The translations under genes and the position numbers were made by a program. From sequence record OM632671.1: 64,000 bases of DNA. One strand, 5' to 3'. The stretch is from Escherichia phage BEU50. Below, in pieces: positions 61,548 through 64,000 of this stretch. The notes beneath the pieces were generated by a model. That model had not been told where the DNA came from, did no database searches, and saw only the letters and a program-made list of their open reading frames with translations. Every line of letters starts with the position of its first letter. Within the stretch, counting starts at the first letter, position 1.

Positions 61548-62831
61548 TTATTCATCTATAATAATTTTAGGCAATTTAACACCGAGTAAAACAGACAAGT
61601 CTGAACGTCCTGCCATTTTATCCATGTCCCCACCATCAATTATTCTCGCTTCTTTTTCGTCTTTTGCTACTGTGTAAGGATTTGCTGATAAAGCATATCT
61701 AACCAATAATCCGATAGACGGTTGCAAGCTTTCTGGATCAACTACAACTTTAAATGCACCAACATGTTCCGGGTCATCTAAATCTACTCCTTCAGTGTAT
61801 GGAGCATAAAAGATGGACCCTACAATTTCTTTTTCGCCGATATTTTCTACAACACCCACAACAACATAATCTAACGGACTGTTGGTATCGCAGTAAAGAG
61901 GTAATCCATTTGCCAAGAATCCATAAGCATTTTGTGAAAGATACTTGTCATCTTCTGGCTTATGTTTTAACCAACCAGAAGCAGCAAGAATAGCAGCTGC
62001 ACGAGCTGAGGCTACACAAAACGTTGCAGTATAAGTTGTCTCTTTTTGAATGTGTGATACCATTTCACACACCATTCGATATAATGAACGACCTGCTTCT
62101 GGAGCGGATGCGTAGCTCAAGTCAATAAATCCGGTGTCAGTAATTCCAGTAACTTTATAACGTTTCGATACAGTAATTAAAGACTGAAGAATATCTTTAT
62201 TAATTTCATCAGCCATTTCAGTAGCAAGCAAATCTTCTAAGAAGTTAGGGGCATCAAATCCATTCGCTTCCAAATCTTGCGCTAATTCAACCGTGAGGCC
62301 AGTTTTAAGTTTACGAGATTTGACTGAAGTTTGCCATTTATTAATCTGGAATCTTGCATCAGAAATTTCGCTACCAGAGCTTTCAAATTTGCTTGTTATC
62401 GCTGCATCTGAAAATAACCGTACCTTCAAATGAACGACCGCAATCTGAAGAGCTAATTCTAGATCACTTTCTTGAATATCTGCAAATGGTGTATCTTCTA
62501 ACACTTTATAGACGATATTATTATATTTGAAAAAATCGCCTTTATTTAGTGTGACTTTTGATTCTTCTGTGAGCTCAGTAATTTTTTCTCGGTCTACATA
62601 TCCAACTTCGCCAGCATAAGTAGCACCGGTTTTAAATGTGAATTCGTTATCTGGGTTAAGATATTTGATACCATAAAAAGCAGCAACAGGTTGATTAGTT
62701 CTTTGTGTTGCTACAATGTCAGAATATATTAATTTAGTCGTAGCGCGAGTCAAAGCAACGAGATTTGGGCGACCAATTGAGTTGCTAGTAGACGTTGTAG
62801 ATTCACGCAATAATTTTTGGATTTTACTCAT
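61548..62831 (-). CDS. 24: head vertex protein gp24
   Basis: 427 aa; major-capsid-like fold family; synteny. Confidence 0.85.
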   Translation of the reverse strand: MSKIQKLLRESTTSTSNSIGRPNLVALTRATTKLIYSDIVATQRTNQPVAAFYGIKYLNPDNEFTFKTGATYAGEVGYVDREKITELTEESKVTLNKGDFFKYNNIVYKVLEDTPFADIQESDLELALQIAVVHLKVRLFSDAAITSKFESSGSEISDARFQINKWQTSVKSRKLKTGLTVELAQDLEANGFDAPNFLEDLLATEMADEINKDILQSLITVSKRYKVTGITDTGFIDLSYASAPEAGRSLYRMVCEMVSHIQKETTYTATFCVASARAAAILAASGWLKHKPEDDKYLSQNAYGFLANGLPLYCDTNSPLDYVVVGVVENIGEKEIVGSIFYAPYTEGVDLDDPEHVGAFKVVVDPESLQPSIGLLVRYALSANPYTVAKDEKEARIIDGGDMDKMAGRSDLSVLLGVKLPKIIIDE

Positions 62832-62861
62832 TGCATTTTTTCCTTATTGAGAATATAATTT

Positions 62862-62869
62862 TATTTATA
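62862..62869 (-). promoter_or_regulatory. late promoter TATAAATA (gene 24)
   Basis: TATTTATA on plus strand about 30 nt upstream of gp24 ATG. Confidence 0.5.
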
Positions 62870-62875
62870 AAAGTG

Positions 62876-62905
62876 GTTTACACACAAAAAGCGTCGTGTT
62901 ACTAT
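62876..62905 (+). promoter_or_regulatory. T4-type early promoter candidate
   Basis: GTTTAC, 18-nt spacer, TACTAT. Confidence 0.45.
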
Positions 62906-62919
62906 AGACCTATCAAAAC

Positions 62920-63201
62920 ATGAGGAGATTAAAAATGAACAAATTAAACTTTATCCGTACCACACTTTCTAACCTTGACAAAGACATCAAAGCTCTGGTA
63001 GAAAAATTTGGTACCAATCCTAACGGTAATGCAGTTAATGCATTGGTTAAGAAATACGAAGCCCTGGCTTATGAAACTGACTTCTGGTGGAACGGTGAAT
63101 ATTCTACCCATACCAAAGACAAATCTGGTAACTGGCTGAAAATCCAAGAAAATCGTATTGACTTCCGTGATATCATCAACCGTCGTGTCAAAGCAGCGTA
63201 A
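62920..63201 (+). CDS. hypothetical protein (93 aa)
   Basis: ORF track; SD GAGGAG. Confidence 0.5.
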   Translation: MRRLKMNKLNFIRTTLSNLDKDIKALVEKFGTNPNGNAVNALVKKYEALAYETDFWWNGEYSTHTKDKSGNWLKIQENRIDFRDIINRRVKAA

Positions 63202-63204
63202 AAT

Positions 63205-63864
63205 ATGAATTATTTAATTTACAAAATAACCAATCTCATTAATAACAAGATTTATGTTGGAGCCCATGCCACTACAGATGTTAACGATTCTTATATGGGT
63301 TCCGGGGTTAACATAGTAAAATCCATAAAGAAATACGGCTTAGAGAATTTTAAAAAGGAAATCCTTTTCAATTTCGAAACATCTGAAGAGATGTATGCTA
63401 AGGAAGCCGAACTAGTTGACGAGGCTTTTGTCATGAGAACAGATACTTATAATGCAGCCTTAGGCGGCAAGGGTAATCCTGTTATAGTAGCTTTACAGGA
63501 ACCTGGGTATCGTGAGATGTTATCCAAAAAGACAAAAGCTGGTATGACTGAAGAAGTTCGGGCCAAAATATCTAAAAAGAAATTAGGTTCTAAAGAATCT
63601 AAAGAACATCGAGAAAACAAATCTATAGCAAATAAAAAGTTTTATAAAAATAGAGATTCTCATCTTAAAGGTAGAAAACTATCAGAAGAGCATAAAGCAA
63701 AAATTAGAAAGAATTCTAATAAAGGTAAGAAATTTGTATTTGTGGATATTTCTATTAAAGGTCATGAATTTAACCACTACGATTACGCTGCCGAATTCTT
63801 TAACGTATCCGCAAAAACTATAAGAAATTGGATTAATGAACGCGATGATTGTTTTAAGCTATAG
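63205..63864 (+). CDS. segD: GIY-YIG homing endonuclease (segD-like)
   Basis: MNYLIYKITNLINNKIYVGAH GIY-YIG module; basic C-terminal DNA-binding region. Confidence 0.75.
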   Translation: MNYLIYKITNLINNKIYVGAHATTDVNDSYMGSGVNIVKSIKKYGLENFKKEILFNFETSEEMYAKEAELVDEAFVMRTDTYNAALGGKGNPVIVALQEPGYREMLSKKTKAGMTEEVRAKISKKKLGSKESKEHRENKSIANKKFYKNRDSHLKGRKLSEEHKAKIRKNSNKGKKFVFVDISIKGHEFNHYDYAAEFFNVSAKTIRNWINERDDCFKL

Positions 63865-63921
63865 AAACAAGAATGGGAGACCGGAGTCTCCCATAAGGTT
63901 ATGTATTTTAACGTTAAAGCA

Positions 63922-64000
63922 TTAAATTCCTTTAACGTAGACGCGTCTAAAGTAAGCGTTCTTACCAAGGCTGTTCAGGATAGACGGCATACCGGACTGG
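63922..64000 (-). CDS. 23: 3' end of a minus-strand gene, probably major capsid protein gp23 (partial)
   Basis: Minus-strand frame ...QSGMPSILNSLGKNAYFRRVYVKGI* open to window edge; synteny with segD/gp24. Confidence 0.4.
   Translation of the reverse strand, partial: QSGMPSILNSLGKNAYFRRVYVKGI

Overview
Densely coding, AT-rich dsDNA from a T-even (T4-like, Tequatrovirus-type) myovirus; gene calls rest on motif reading and recalled T4 protein families, with no database search run. Content: early and middle genes (topoisomerase gp39, rIIA, regB, tk, nrdC, endonuclease VII, nrdA/nrdB, denA, RNA ligases 1 and 2, pseT, dCMP deaminase, gp31, DNA ligase, alt, uvsW/uvsY) and late structural genes (tail fibre gp34-36, baseplate hub gp25-29/48/51/54, hoc, gp24, 3' end of gp23), a 1090-nt group I intron in nrdB with an intact HNH ORF, and at least five free-standing or intron-borne homing endonucleases. 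Recurring signals are T4-type early promoters (GTTTAC...TATAAT/TACTAT), MotA-box middle promoters, TATAAATA late promoters and UUCG-loop terminators. Main findings: (1) the window is not collinear with the canonical T-even map; three abrupt junctions carry truncated genes (rIIA directly followed by a GrcA-like gene; truncated nrdD abutting a 44-codon gp37 fragment; gene 59 cut after 19 codons with gp32/frd/td absent), so this is either a rearranged/deleted genome or a chimeric assembly. (2) nrdB exon 1 has an apparent -1 frameshift. (3) Unusual accessory genes: a DAHP synthase (aroG-like), a GrcA-like glycyl radical cofactor with host-like composition, a macro-domain protein, a NADAR-domain protein and a possible glycosyltransferase. 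No CRISPR array, tRNA or rRNA was recognised.
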